From positions 105,764 to 169,763 of the IMG/VR virus record IMGVR_UViG_3300032223_002232: a stretch of 64,000 bases of DNA, one strand, 5' to 3'. The notes beneath the pieces were generated by a model. That model worked only from the letters and a program-made list of their open reading frames with translations. It was not told the DNA's origin and did not search any database. Position numbers and translations under genes: made by a program. This document shows positions 19,530 through 29,220 of the stretch, in pieces (the stretch's first letter is position 1; every line of letters starts with the position of its first letter). The DNA comes from a virus.

Positions 19530-19551
19530 CAAATAAGTGGTAAGATATTGT

Positions 19552-19890
19552 ATGTCAAAAAATAAATTAACTACTGTAGGGTATTTTATTAAGCGTCTCC
19601 GTGATTGTGGATATGTAACTGATAAAGTTTTTAATGATTTTGCAACATCTGATGCCAGATCTTGGTGTGTTGTTGTAGATCCTAGAAATACTTCAGTATT
19701 TATTACTTGTTATAATAATCATAATTATTTAGGAGAAGAATACTTTGAATTACATGACGGAGGTCAATTTATCCCTTCTCGTTTTAAATTAAAAACTAGT
19801 TCAATTGAAACTGTTATCGAATACTTGGTTAAGTATAACATAAACAACAAATCTTCTTCATATGGTAAGGAAAAAGAAATTAACCAGTAG
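19552..19890 (+). CDS. Hypothetical protein
   Basis: ORF in the operon. Confidence 0.65.
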   Translation: MSKNKLTTVGYFIKRLRDCGYVTDKVFNDFATSDARSWCVVVDPRNTSVFITCYNNHNYLGEEYFELHDGGQFIPSRFKLKTSSIETVIEYLVKYNINNKSSSYGKEKEINQ

Positions 19891-20257
19891 TAACCCATCT
19901 CTTTCCTCCCAAAATTTAACTAAAGAAGAAAAATCTTCTTCAGTTATGGATGAAAAACAGATAGAAGATTTGCAGAAAAAAGTATTTGCAGCTATTAACA
20001 ATCTAGAGCTTCAAAAAAGTTTAGATAGATGGTTAAAAGAAAATGAAAGTAATACTGCTGTATCTAGAAGAGATTTTAATTTATTAAAAAATAGCATATC
20101 CGAATATATGGATTGCTATTTATTATTTGGATATAATATTAATGGTGATAGAGTAATTATTCAAAAATTTAATAAACCAAGAGACCGTGATGCTATCATG
20201 GAATTCTTAAAAACAATATTTTTAAAACAACAACACGAGAATTTTTTAGATGAGTAA
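19862..20257 (+). CDS. Hypothetical protein
   Basis: ORF overlapping both neighbours. Confidence 0.65.
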   Translation: MVRKKKLTSSNPSLSSQNLTKEEKSSSVMDEKQIEDLQKKVFAAINNLELQKSLDRWLKENESNTAVSRRDFNLLKNSISEYMDCYLLFGYNINGDRVIIQKFNKPRDRDAIMEFLKTIFLKQQHENFLDE

Positions 20258-21263
20258 TATAGACGAAGACATTTATTGTAGTAAACAGCCATTCGATTCG
20301 ACATTGTTTCCAATCGGTTCTGCGAATTTTATGGCTAGAAATAAAAATATATTGCCATTCCTTTGTAATCTATTGCAGTATGCTAATGATGAAACCGTTA
20401 GTCCAGTTATAGTAGAAGCTCCAGAATTCGATATAACGCCTTTTACAGACTTTACAGGATTAACTGCCGTTGGTGATCCAAGAGTTTCTTTAGGTGAAAC
20501 TATGTCAGCCACATTTATAAATTTCTTACCAAGAATGATTGCACAGACTGAAGTTATGCAATCTGGTGGAACTCAAGTTATTGAAAATATTATTTGTAAT
20601 GCTGATGGTATACCTATTAAAGAATCAAGAACAATTCCAGTATTATTATCTTTAGATTTAACTGGTCAAAAACCATATCAATATGGTGCATTAACAATTC
20701 CACCATTATCAGCAACAATTGAAGATTTAATGAAACCAATTAATCCTACTGAAGTTACGGATTATGTTAATAATTATGTATATTCTCTTAAAAAGGATCA
20801 TATAACATATTTTAGTCAATTCTTACAAACATACTTTTTAAACAATGGTTGGGAAGCGTCATTAATTTCATATAATATGCCATCAGTATTTTTAGTTAAA
20901 TTAGATAAAGATACACAAACAATTTATATAAAATATTATACTGATGTTCAAAATGAAGTTGCTTGTACAATAGGTGCAACATCAATATTAACACATTTTG
21001 GAACATCAAATGTTGAAAATAGAGCAATGATTATTGCTATTGGTAATCAAATACCAGATTACAAATATTTAATTGAAAATCCAGATAAAGGTGAACAGTG
21101 GTATCAATATTTAATTGATAATACAATGGCATCTGTTGATCAAAACTTTTCTAATTTGTTTACAAATACTAATGCTGCAACAGCATATATTGCTAAGATG
21201 GATGCATTAAATGTACCAGTTGTAAGTGCAGTTGATGTAAATTGCAACATCAGCACATATTAA
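20250..21263 (+). CDS. Hypothetical protein
   Basis: 337-aa ORF convergent with the tail module. Confidence 0.7.
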   Translation: MSNIDEDIYCSKQPFDSTLFPIGSANFMARNKNILPFLCNLLQYANDETVSPVIVEAPEFDITPFTDFTGLTAVGDPRVSLGETMSATFINFLPRMIAQTEVMQSGGTQVIENIICNADGIPIKESRTIPVLLSLDLTGQKPYQYGALTIPPLSATIEDLMKPINPTEVTDYVNNYVYSLKKDHITYFSQFLQTYFLNNGWEASLISYNMPSVFLVKLDKDTQTIYIKYYTDVQNEVACTIGATSILTHFGTSNVENRAMIIAIGNQIPDYKYLIENPDKGEQWYQYLIDNTMASVDQNFSNLFTNTNAATAYIAKMDALNVPVVSAVDVNCNISTY

Positions 21264-23286
21264 ACTGTGGTGCAACTTTAAGTGTTCCATCTGGATTAAA
21301 TTCAGCATTTACTTGTACATAATTTGTACCATCATAAGGATCACCAGCAATACCATAATTAGAATTTCTATTAGCAGCTGCTTGTGATGGTGTTTTACTA
21401 CCAAAAGCTCCACCACCGCCACCACAAGAAGATGTATCACCTAAAGATTTAACACCCGGAGGTGTTCCCATACCATGAGGTTTAGCTGGTGTTGGTACAT
21501 GACTAGGATTAGGTCTTGCGGCTCTTGATGCGGCAGCATTATCATGTCCATCAAATGCAGGAACAGTTGTATCATGTGAATGATTACCACCCGGTGCATT
21601 ATGATTATGATTATAATTATAAATTGGTATCATTGCAGGAATAACATATCCCTTCATAGCACCAGTTGGTCCTGCAACAATAACATCTAAAGGCATATAT
21701 GTTGTGTAATTCATAACCCAACTATAACCAGTTGGTAAACCATAGTTATCAACTGGTGCAGCTAATGCTATACTTGAATAAGCTTCTTCAACTAATGTTT
21801 TAATTTCAGCAGGACTTATTATATTAAAAGTTAAAAAATTATAAACATCTCTTGTAATTTTTTTTAAACTTTTATCAACTCTGTCATATATAGTTGCTTG
21901 TGGTTTGATTGGATTATTCCATGTAGCATTAGAATGAACTTGGTGAGCAGGACCAGCAGGAGCAGATGGCAATCTTTCTGATGGTATTGTTAAATGTGTA
22001 CAAAAAATCCCACCATCCATCATTAAAGAACCTTTAAGAGCCAAATCACCACTTACATTAAGTTTACCAGATACAATAGTATTATCAGATTCTATTCTAA
22101 CACCAGTGTCACCAGAACGATCTTTTGCATCTATTAAAATGTTTTTACCTTTAATAAATGTTCTATTAGCTGATGTTAAAGTTAATTCACCTTGATTTGC
22201 AACAATTGTTGTTGTAGCAGCATTTAAAGTTACCTTTCCGCTTGTATGAATATCAATTCCGGGCGATCCAGCAGCTAATGTTAATTTGTTTGCAACATCA
22301 ATAAAAAGACTTCCGGGGTTTATAAGAGGATCTGAGTGAACTGCTAACTTTGCACTACCTTTAGTATCAGCTGTAAACGGATCTCCGGGCTTTGCACCAT
22401 TGTTAAACCCAAAATGCGTTGTAGTATTTTGAGTTTCTACAACAGTTGGTGCATCATTTTTTGCCAAACCAACTCTCCAGTGAACATCACCAGAATCACT
22501 TTTAACCTTTGAACCACCAGAACCCATTTTCTTTTGAGCATCATTAATAGCTGTTTGTTTTGTTTTTAATTCATTAGCTGCTTCAGTATTAGCTTTTTGA
22601 ATACCTTTTTGTGCAGTCTTAACCATTCCGTTTTTACAACCGGGACTTCCGCAACCTTTACCACCATTTAATGAAAGATTAGAAGTAGTAGATAAAAATG
22701 GAACTACCAACATGTTTACATATTTTTGAACTACATCTAAAGAATATGGAAAATTTGGAAGATACTTTCTAATTATTTTAAATGCTTTATCCGTAAGAGC
22801 CTGTGCTCTTGCTGTTAATATTTTTTGCTGACAAACTGGACAAGGATATGGATCACCTTCTGTATTTTTAATAGTATCCATTTTCTTTTTGTCAATTTCA
22901 CCAGTGATTTTTTGTAAATCAGCAGCTGCTTTAGCGTGTTCAGTTGCTTGATCACCTGTTTGTTGTGTATGATTTCCTTGTGCAAAATGATGATCATCAC
23001 CACCAACAACATTTTGCCTATCACCTCTAATTGATTCAAAATAATTTTTACCAGCAAGGAAACCTATATCAGAATTAGTTTTAAAAGTAATACCCTCGGC
23101 ATTAGTTTGAATTATATTTTTGAATTTATCTTGTTGTAACCAATATGAACGATCCAATGGTATGTTTGAACCATTTGGATCTGGCGTAACTAAATTTACA
23201 GATTCTTGAATAGATGCTTCAGAAGCAATTAAATTTGATTGCTTTGAACCATTTTGTGAATCTAATGTTGGTGGTGGTTGTGCCAT
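21250..23286 (-). CDS. Baseplate spike, gp5 C-terminal/VgrG-like beta-helix protein
   Basis: 8-residue beta-helix repeats (ESIRGDRQ NVVGGDDH HFAQGNHT), VSGKLNVSGDLALKGSL and a His-rich tip HNHNAPGGNHSH. Confidence 0.7.
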   Translation of the reverse strand: MAQPPPTLDSQNGSKQSNLIASEASIQESVNLVTPDPNGSNIPLDRSYWLQQDKFKNIIQTNAEGITFKTNSDIGFLAGKNYFESIRGDRQNVVGGDDHHFAQGNHTQQTGDQATEHAKAAADLQKITGEIDKKKMDTIKNTEGDPYPCPVCQQKILTARAQALTDKAFKIIRKYLPNFPYSLDVVQKYVNMLVVPFLSTTSNLSLNGGKGCGSPGCKNGMVKTAQKGIQKANTEAANELKTKQTAINDAQKKMGSGGSKVKSDSGDVHWRVGLAKNDAPTVVETQNTTTHFGFNNGAKPGDPFTADTKGSAKLAVHSDPLINPGSLFIDVANKLTLAAGSPGIDIHTSGKVTLNAATTTIVANQGELTLTSANRTFIKGKNILIDAKDRSGDTGVRIESDNTIVSGKLNVSGDLALKGSLMMDGGIFCTHLTIPSERLPSAPAGPAHQVHSNATWNNPIKPQATIYDRVDKSLKKITRDVYNFLTFNIISPAEIKTLVEEAYSSIALAAPVDNYGLPTGYSWVMNYTTYMPLDVIVAGPTGAMKGYVIPAMIPIYNYNHNHNAPGGNHSHDTTVPAFDGHDNAAASRAARPNPSHVPTPAKPHGMGTPPGVKSLGDTSSCGGGGGAFGSKTPSQAAANRNSNYGIAGDPYDGTNYVQVNAEFNPDGTLKVAPQFNMC

Positions 23287-23305
23287 ATATTTCTTATTTA
23301 GTTAA

Positions 23306-24454
23306 TTAACTTGCTGATGCAACATTGTTATGTTCATATACATTTGCAAAATAAACTGGTCTTTGTATATTTTCACCTTGGAAGAATACCCAAACTTTTG
23401 CACCAACTTGAGGTGGTGAAAAAATACCCATTGGTCCACCGGGCCTTGAACCATTCACACTACCAACAGCATTAGCACCCATATTTGTAGTTCTAAATAC
23501 ATTTTGTGATGATTGGGCTGCTCCATCAACAACATCTGGTTTTGCGCCGTTTAAAGCTAATTCTCCACGCTGAACTGGACCAAAGTAACGAGCTTGTCCA
23601 AGCCATTTACCATCTGATGTTCTACCAGCAATAACACCATCACCTTTAATTAAATCTGCTGACATTCCAATTGCAGCATTAGCGTTTGCACATGGATCAT
23701 TAATTGATTCAGCTGTTAAACCCCTTTCACCAACAGTCATACTATAAAGTCCAGCTGAAATAGTTCCATCACTTTCAGTAAAACTTTCGTTTACAGTAAT
23801 ACCACCTTTACTAACAGTTGATTCGGACTGCATTTGTCTATCAAAATAAGAAGTCCATTCTGATTGTGAACCAGTTGTTATTCCATAATTTGCACCATCT
23901 TTTGGTACATAGCCAACAAGACCAGAATTAGTTACAGCATTAGCATTAATATCATGAGCCTCTTGTAATGAAATTTTATGAGCACCAGAACCACATGCTA
24001 AATTACCAGATGTACCAGAACCAATACCAGATGTTTGTCCATCAAATTTACCTTGAGTATTATTAGCACCAGCATTAGTTTCTACTGTTCTGTTATCTGC
24101 TGTTGTATTACCACCACTGTTATTAGTTGTAGATGTAGATCCATTGTTTAATTTTTGATCCGTTGGAATTGGTACAGCACTCCCAATATCAGCATATACA
24201 GGTGCACCTGTAGCACCACCCCAAATAGGAACAGCTGGTTCAGCCCAAGGTAATGTTGATAGAATTCTTTCTTTTAATTCTCCATGAAATACATCATCAC
24301 TAAAGGTTTTAAATGTTATATCTTTTAATTGTTCATTCCAATCTTTATATAAAGTATTAGATAGATGTGGAATAAAAATTTGAACTCTACTTCTAAGTTC
24401 TGGATCTAAAGTATTAACAACTAATCCAATATGATTACCTGAAACATTACTCAT
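23306..24454 (-). CDS. gp5 N-terminal OB-fold protein with an inserted lysozyme/lytic-transglycosylase-like domain
   Basis: GLVVNTLDPELRSRVQIFIP...LPWA at the N-terminus, PPQVGAKVWVFF.GE..QRPVY at the C-terminus; central QSES...SAGLYSM...DP.AN. Confidence 0.75.
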   Translation of the reverse strand: MSNVSGNHIGLVVNTLDPELRSRVQIFIPHLSNTLYKDWNEQLKDITFKTFSDDVFHGELKERILSTLPWAEPAVPIWGGATGAPVYADIGSAVPIPTDQKLNNGSTSTTNNSGGNTTADNRTVETNAGANNTQGKFDGQTSGIGSGTSGNLACGSGAHKISLQEAHDINANAVTNSGLVGYVPKDGANYGITTGSQSEWTSYFDRQMQSESTVSKGGITVNESFTESDGTISAGLYSMTVGERGLTAESINDPCANANAAIGMSADLIKGDGVIAGRTSDGKWLGQARYFGPVQRGELALNGAKPDVVDGAAQSSQNVFRTTNMGANAVGSVNGSRPGGPMGIFSPPQVGAKVWVFFQGENIQRPVYFANVYEHNNVASAS

Positions 24455-26028
24455 TGTGTTATACTTTTAGCTGCTGCAACACCAGCATTAAAATCCTTTG
24501 CTACATTTGAAAAAATATTACCAGAATTAATAGGATGACCGTAAACATCTTCACTACCACCATTATAAAGATTTGGTCCCATAGATGCTGCAACTGAAGG
24601 GAACATTTGAGCACCTTGACCATATCTACTCAATATACCTGTTCCCGATTGTGCTAACATATTACCAATTGGATTGAATGCCGCATATTGTGGACCAAAT
24701 TTATTTGATAATGCACCAAGAATATTACCTTGAAAAGCTTGAGCAGCCCATGCATAACCATGATTTGAAAGTTGATCTGCAAGTAAACCACCCGGATCTG
24801 TACCTAATTGATTTATTTGTTGAATAATATTATTAACATTTGCTGGCAAATAAGCTGATAATGTTGAAAATGGATTACTAACAAGTGTCGATACTTGATT
24901 TACAACATTTTGAACAGAATTTAATGCACTTGTAAATGAATTAGACATATTAAATAATGAAGTAAAAAAGTTAACATCATCAAGTATTGTTTGAAATGTA
25001 TCTAATAATAAACATATTAAATCTAAAGGTATGATATCTTCAATTGCTTGCATTAACAACTTTTGCAATTGACCGATAATACCATTAATCCAAGCATAAA
25101 TTTGTTGTACATATAATATAATACCATTGTATATATCATTTATAATTGATTGAAATGCAGCTACAACACCGTTAATACCTGCAACAATTCTACCAATTGA
25201 ACCCAATGCACCTTTTGGCATTGCAAGATAAGAATGAGTCCTAATAGCATTACAGAATTTCTCTAAATCTGCTAATGCACCCGGATGAATTTTTTCCATT
25301 AAATTTGTAATTAAACTTGGGTGATTTCTTTTTGAACCAAGTGGACTATTAGCCATATTATCGGCGTTCATTTCAGTTGATCCTAGTTTGCCAATATCAT
25401 CAAAACATCCTTTTTGATATGCTGGTGTCTTTTTTAAAGCTTCTTGTAATTGTGGCGTTTTAGCCATTTTTAAAAAGTCATTAATAAACCCTTGATCAAT
25501 TACAAACTTATCACTACCTTGCATTGATGATGATAATATTTTATTATCAAATCCATAAACTAAAAAGTTTAAAAGTAAATAATATTTGTTTATATTGAGA
25601 TTACCAAATTGATGTTTAACTCTTGCTAATTCTCCACCAAAAACATAAGGATATAATGTTAAATTAGTTTGTTTTTCTAAATCAGATATTTCTTTTGCAG
25701 TAACATTGTGACCATTTAAAACATCTTCATAACCTTTAGTTTTTTCTTTATTTGGATTTACTGTAGAATTTGAATTTATAGCAGCTTTGTTTGCTTCAGT
25801 TGGATTAGTTGCATAAGCAGCTGCCGCAGTTGCGTTTGCAGCATTTGGATTGTTATTAGCTGCTGAAATAGGATCAAATGTAAATGCATTTGTCGCTGGA
25901 GAATCCCATATAAGGGGATTAGTGCCACCAATTGTTTCTGTTTGAATTGGTGGTGGTACTGAAACTTCAGTTGGTGTTGTTCCAATAGCAGTTCCATTAG
26001 CTATTACTGATGTAAATGTAAGATCCAT
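24451..26028 (-). CDS. Putative baseplate/tail-associated helical protein
   Basis: Directly upstream of the gp5-like genes; long amphipathic helices. Confidence 0.6.
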   Translation of the reverse strand: MDLTFTSVIANGTAIGTTPTEVSVPPPIQTETIGGTNPLIWDSPATNAFTFDPISAANNNPNAANATAAAAYATNPTEANKAAINSNSTVNPNKEKTKGYEDVLNGHNVTAKEISDLEKQTNLTLYPYVFGGELARVKHQFGNLNINKYYLLLNFLVYGFDNKILSSSMQGSDKFVIDQGFINDFLKMAKTPQLQEALKKTPAYQKGCFDDIGKLGSTEMNADNMANSPLGSKRNHPSLITNLMEKIHPGALADLEKFCNAIRTHSYLAMPKGALGSIGRIVAGINGVVAAFQSIINDIYNGIILYVQQIYAWINGIIGQLQKLLMQAIEDIIPLDLICLLLDTFQTILDDVNFFTSLFNMSNSFTSALNSVQNVVNQVSTLVSNPFSTLSAYLPANVNNIIQQINQLGTDPGGLLADQLSNHGYAWAAQAFQGNILGALSNKFGPQYAAFNPIGNMLAQSGTGILSRYGQGAQMFPSVAASMGPNLYNGGSEDVYGHPINSGNIFSNVAKDFNAGVAAAKSITQ

Positions 26029-26035
26029 ATTTTAT

Positions 26036-26063
26036 TTGCAATTATAGAATTATTGTCTATACT
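26036..26063 (+). promoter_or_regulatory. Sigma70-like promoter for dNMP kinase
   Basis: TTGCAA-16 nt-TATACT, 6 nt before ATG 26070. Confidence 0.65.
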
Positions 26064-26069
26064 ATATTT

Positions 26070-26681
26070 ATGTCAAAAACCGATTTTTTATACCCCCCAA
26101 TAGGCATAGCTGGAGCAGCAAGGGCTGGAAAAGATACTCTTTGTAGAGCACTTATAAGACAATTAAAGGAACATAAAATGGATGCTGTTCGCAAATCTAT
26201 TGCTGGTGATGCTGTTAAAACAGATTTAAAAGATCTTTTATTAGAGAAATTTAATCTTAATTCTTTTACGGAAAATTCTGAACAAAAAGAATTTATGCGC
26301 CCTCTTCTTGTAGAGTATGGTAAAATGCAAAGAAATAAAACACAAGGTAGGTATTTTGTTGATGGATTTGTACCTGAACCTAATGTTGTAAATATTTTAC
26401 CAGATATTCGTTATGTGGAATATCCTGAAGATGAGGTTTATTGGCTTAAAAATGAAGTAAAAGGACTTTTAATTTTTATTAAAAGGAAGGGTGTTCAAGA
26501 TGCTAATGATACAGAAAAGGTTAATAATAAAATCATTAGTAACATGGCTGATTATATTTTAGAATGGGATTCATTAAATGAGAATGACTCAAAAGATTTA
26601 TTTCATATTGATAACTATGCTAAATGGGTTATTGATCAGTATTATATACCAATGGTATACTCAGCTACCACTTACCAATAG
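26070..26681 (+). CDS. Deoxynucleoside monophosphate kinase (T4 gp1-like)
   Basis: IGIAGAARAGKDT P-loop, RPLLVEYG, PDIRY..E. Confidence 0.85.
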   Translation: MSKTDFLYPPIGIAGAARAGKDTLCRALIRQLKEHKMDAVRKSIAGDAVKTDLKDLLLEKFNLNSFTENSEQKEFMRPLLVEYGKMQRNKTQGRYFVDGFVPEPNVVNILPDIRYVEYPEDEVYWLKNEVKGLLIFIKRKGVQDANDTEKVNNKIISNMADYILEWDSLNENDSKDLFHIDNYAKWVIDQYYIPMVYSATTYQ

Positions 26682-26973
26682 GACAACTTGAAGCTTTTAA
26701 GTAAACTTTAACAGCCATAAAACATCCACACTTAGTGCAACGTTCTTGTGATTTATTAAAAAACTCACAAGAGTTACAAACTTCTTTTCTTTTATTTGCT
26801 TGTTCATCATCAGTTTTAAAAGATTCACCAATAGCAACATTTTTAACAGTTTTTACAACATCTTTACCTAAATTTACTGCCATTTGAGGAATAGATGGAA
26901 ATGTTTTATTAGAAGTTTCTAAATTTCTAATTTTAGTTTGTTGTATTGCTTGTTTTAAAAAATTCTTATCCAT
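26665..26973 (-). CDS. Small Cys-rich protein (DUF6171-like)
   Basis: R..VCNSCE...RCTKCGCF...K......CPIGKW; start taken at ATG 26973. Confidence 0.7.
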   Translation of the reverse strand: MDKNFLKQAIQQTKIRNLETSNKTFPSIPQMAVNLGKDVVKTVKNVAIGESFKTDDEQANKRKEVCNSCEFFNKSQERCTKCGCFMAVKVYLKASSCPIGKW

Positions 26974-26977
26974 AAAA

Positions 26978-28600
26978 TTATTTAGTATCAATTTGTTCGA
27001 ATATTTTTGAAAAGCTATCAATTTTAACAGCTATGATTTCGGTTTTGTAATCTTCTTGGGTGAATAAATGATTGGTTTTTATAACTAACCATTGACCTAA
27101 AAATCTATCATCAAAGGGATTTGGTTCACCTGCATCAGATCTGTATATATTAATAAATACGCCGGGGGTTCTTATAGTCAAACCTATAGTTTGAAAGGAA
27201 AGTATTTGATTTAAGAATATAGCATCTAAAATCATTTGATTTAATGGTGCAGTTTCTGGTATAAATTGTCCACTAGAACTAAATTCATTTTTTAACATTT
27301 CACCTAATTGTTTTGTTTTATTTAAATTTAAAAGTATTTGTGGACTTAAATTGCTATTATTTTTATATGAATATAACCCCTTTTGAGCAAAAGTTTTTAA
27401 TGTATCAATTACTTTACTAGCAGTATTTTTTGCAAACTTAATTACAAACTCACCAGTAGAATGATTAAAATAATGTAGTGGTGAGTTTGTAATTCTATTA
27501 TCATCTATTGCAACCATTGGTGAAAAACGATATTTTGATATTTTTGATGCAACAGCAGAATAAAAATTTTGAGTATTAGTTGATTCAGTTTCTGGTCCTC
27601 TTGAAACTGGTGGGTTTTTTGCATTAGTACCAATATCTAATTCTAATTTTTCAACACAAATATCTATGGATTTTTCAAAATATTTAGATAATGGTTTTAA
27701 ATGCCAACCTTTATCATCTACAGATCTACCATAATCAAGTATTACTGGATAGCCTTCTTTATCAGTACAACGTGCCAAAACATAAAACATATCTTGTAAC
27801 CCATTTGTGTTAGCAGGTGAATAATAAAGCATTTTATTATCAGCTTTACCAACTTCCCAATTTTCTTCTATAATTTTATTAAATGGAATATTAGGTTTAT
27901 CTATAGTTCCCTTATCATCAAATCCAATTTTAATTTGTTCTGATGATTTTGCATCTTTACCAGCAATAGTTAAAAATTCTTTTAACACATCATTAGGTAT
28001 TAAAGCTGCTTCAGAATCTTTTAATTGATAAGGTTTTTTACCATTACCTAATTTAGTTGAAGCAATAATAGATGTTGACCATTCTAGATTTTTTTCTACT
28101 AATATTTGATACCTTTCATCTATTAATTTATACATTCTTTTTTTATTCTGAGTGTTATTAACATCAATATCAACAACATCAGTAACAATAAAATCGTAAT
28201 TTATTTCCCAATTTTTTCTTGGTTTATCTGATATATTATTGTCTTCTTCTTGAGGATAAAGTTTAATACTAACTTTATTTCTACCATCAGTTCTATCAAT
28301 ATATGGTGCTTTTATTATTTGTGTAACATTAGATTTATCTACACCAGCACTTGCATTATTAGGACTACCTCTTGATATACTTTCAAATTGTGTATTAAGA
28401 GTTAATTGTCCTTTTGTTACCCAATTATGAAGCGATTCATTTATCTCTAAAGAATCGATCATTAAGAATGGCACATAAAAAGGTTGTTCACCTTCAATTG
28501 AATTATACATTACAACTTCAATGTAATATTTTTGATGACCTATTTGTTGTATAGAACCTCTTTTGCTTAAATCTACACTAACATTTGATACATCACTCAT
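26978..28600 (-). CDS. Baseplate hub protein (gp27/GpD-like)
   Basis: LEINESL, G...RTPG.FI, D.RFLGQWLV....HLF, IAVK C-terminal motifs. Confidence 0.7.
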   Translation of the reverse strand: MSDVSNVSVDLSKRGSIQQIGHQKYYIEVVMYNSIEGEQPFYVPFLMIDSLEINESLHNWVTKGQLTLNTQFESISRGSPNNASAGVDKSNVTQIIKAPYIDRTDGRNKVSIKLYPQEEDNNISDKPRKNWEINYDFIVTDVVDIDVNNTQNKKRMYKLIDERYQILVEKNLEWSTSIIASTKLGNGKKPYQLKDSEAALIPNDVLKEFLTIAGKDAKSSEQIKIGFDDKGTIDKPNIPFNKIIEENWEVGKADNKMLYYSPANTNGLQDMFYVLARCTDKEGYPVILDYGRSVDDKGWHLKPLSKYFEKSIDICVEKLELDIGTNAKNPPVSRGPETESTNTQNFYSAVASKISKYRFSPMVAIDDNRITNSPLHYFNHSTGEFVIKFAKNTASKVIDTLKTFAQKGLYSYKNNSNLSPQILLNLNKTKQLGEMLKNEFSSSGQFIPETAPLNQMILDAIFLNQILSFQTIGLTIRTPGVFINIYRSDAGEPNPFDDRFLGQWLVIKTNHLFTQEDYKTEIIAVKIDSFSKIFEQIDTK

Positions 28601-28605
28601 AACAA

Positions 28606-29214
28606 TTAACAGGTAACTTGATTTACATCTTTAATTAAATTAACATTTAATTGATTAAAAACAAATGTAACAGTTGAATTAATTTCAGATGGGTCTTGAT
28701 TTGAAAATTGTATATCAGATAAAGATGTTGGAAATGCGTTAGTATGTTCAAATGATATAATTTTATTATTAAATTCATCTAATCCATAAATTGTAAAGGT
28801 TGAAGTATAATCCGACATTGGATTAGATAATCTGTTTATAACTTCATTTGTTTGTGTTCCATCTGGAACTGTTGTTATGTTTGATAATGATTTTTTTGCA
28901 TCATTAAATAAATTTATCCAATTCCATAATGCCCAATAATTTTTATAACCATTATCAATTAAAAATTTTATATTTAATGGATCATACGCTTGTCTTGTCA
29001 TTGATGATGCTTTATAAACCTGACCACCAAATGCTACATCTATTGCTGGAACATTAATTGGTGATATTGGTGCACCGTATACTGAAAATTGTATAGGATT
29101 TGCATCAAAGTTTGATCCAACAACTGAATCATATTTTGATTTTAAAGCTTTAGGTAAGTCTAAAACCATAATAAATTTATCATTACGAGATCTGTTTAGT
29201 GGTGCTTGTATCAT
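28606..29214 (-). CDS. Tail completion/tube terminator (T4 gp3-like)
   Basis: YDPLNIKFLID..YKNY..L.NWI, F...AFPTSLS.I.F, TVTF. Confidence 0.8.
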   Translation of the reverse strand: MIQAPLNRSRNDKFIMVLDLPKALKSKYDSVVGSNFDANPIQFSVYGAPISPINVPAIDVAFGGQVYKASSMTRQAYDPLNIKFLIDNGYKNYWALWNWINLFNDAKKSLSNITTVPDGTQTNEVINRLSNPMSDYTSTFTIYGLDEFNNKIISFEHTNAFPTSLSDIQFSNQDPSEINSTVTFVFNQLNVNLIKDVNQVTC

Positions 29215-29220
29215 ATTATT

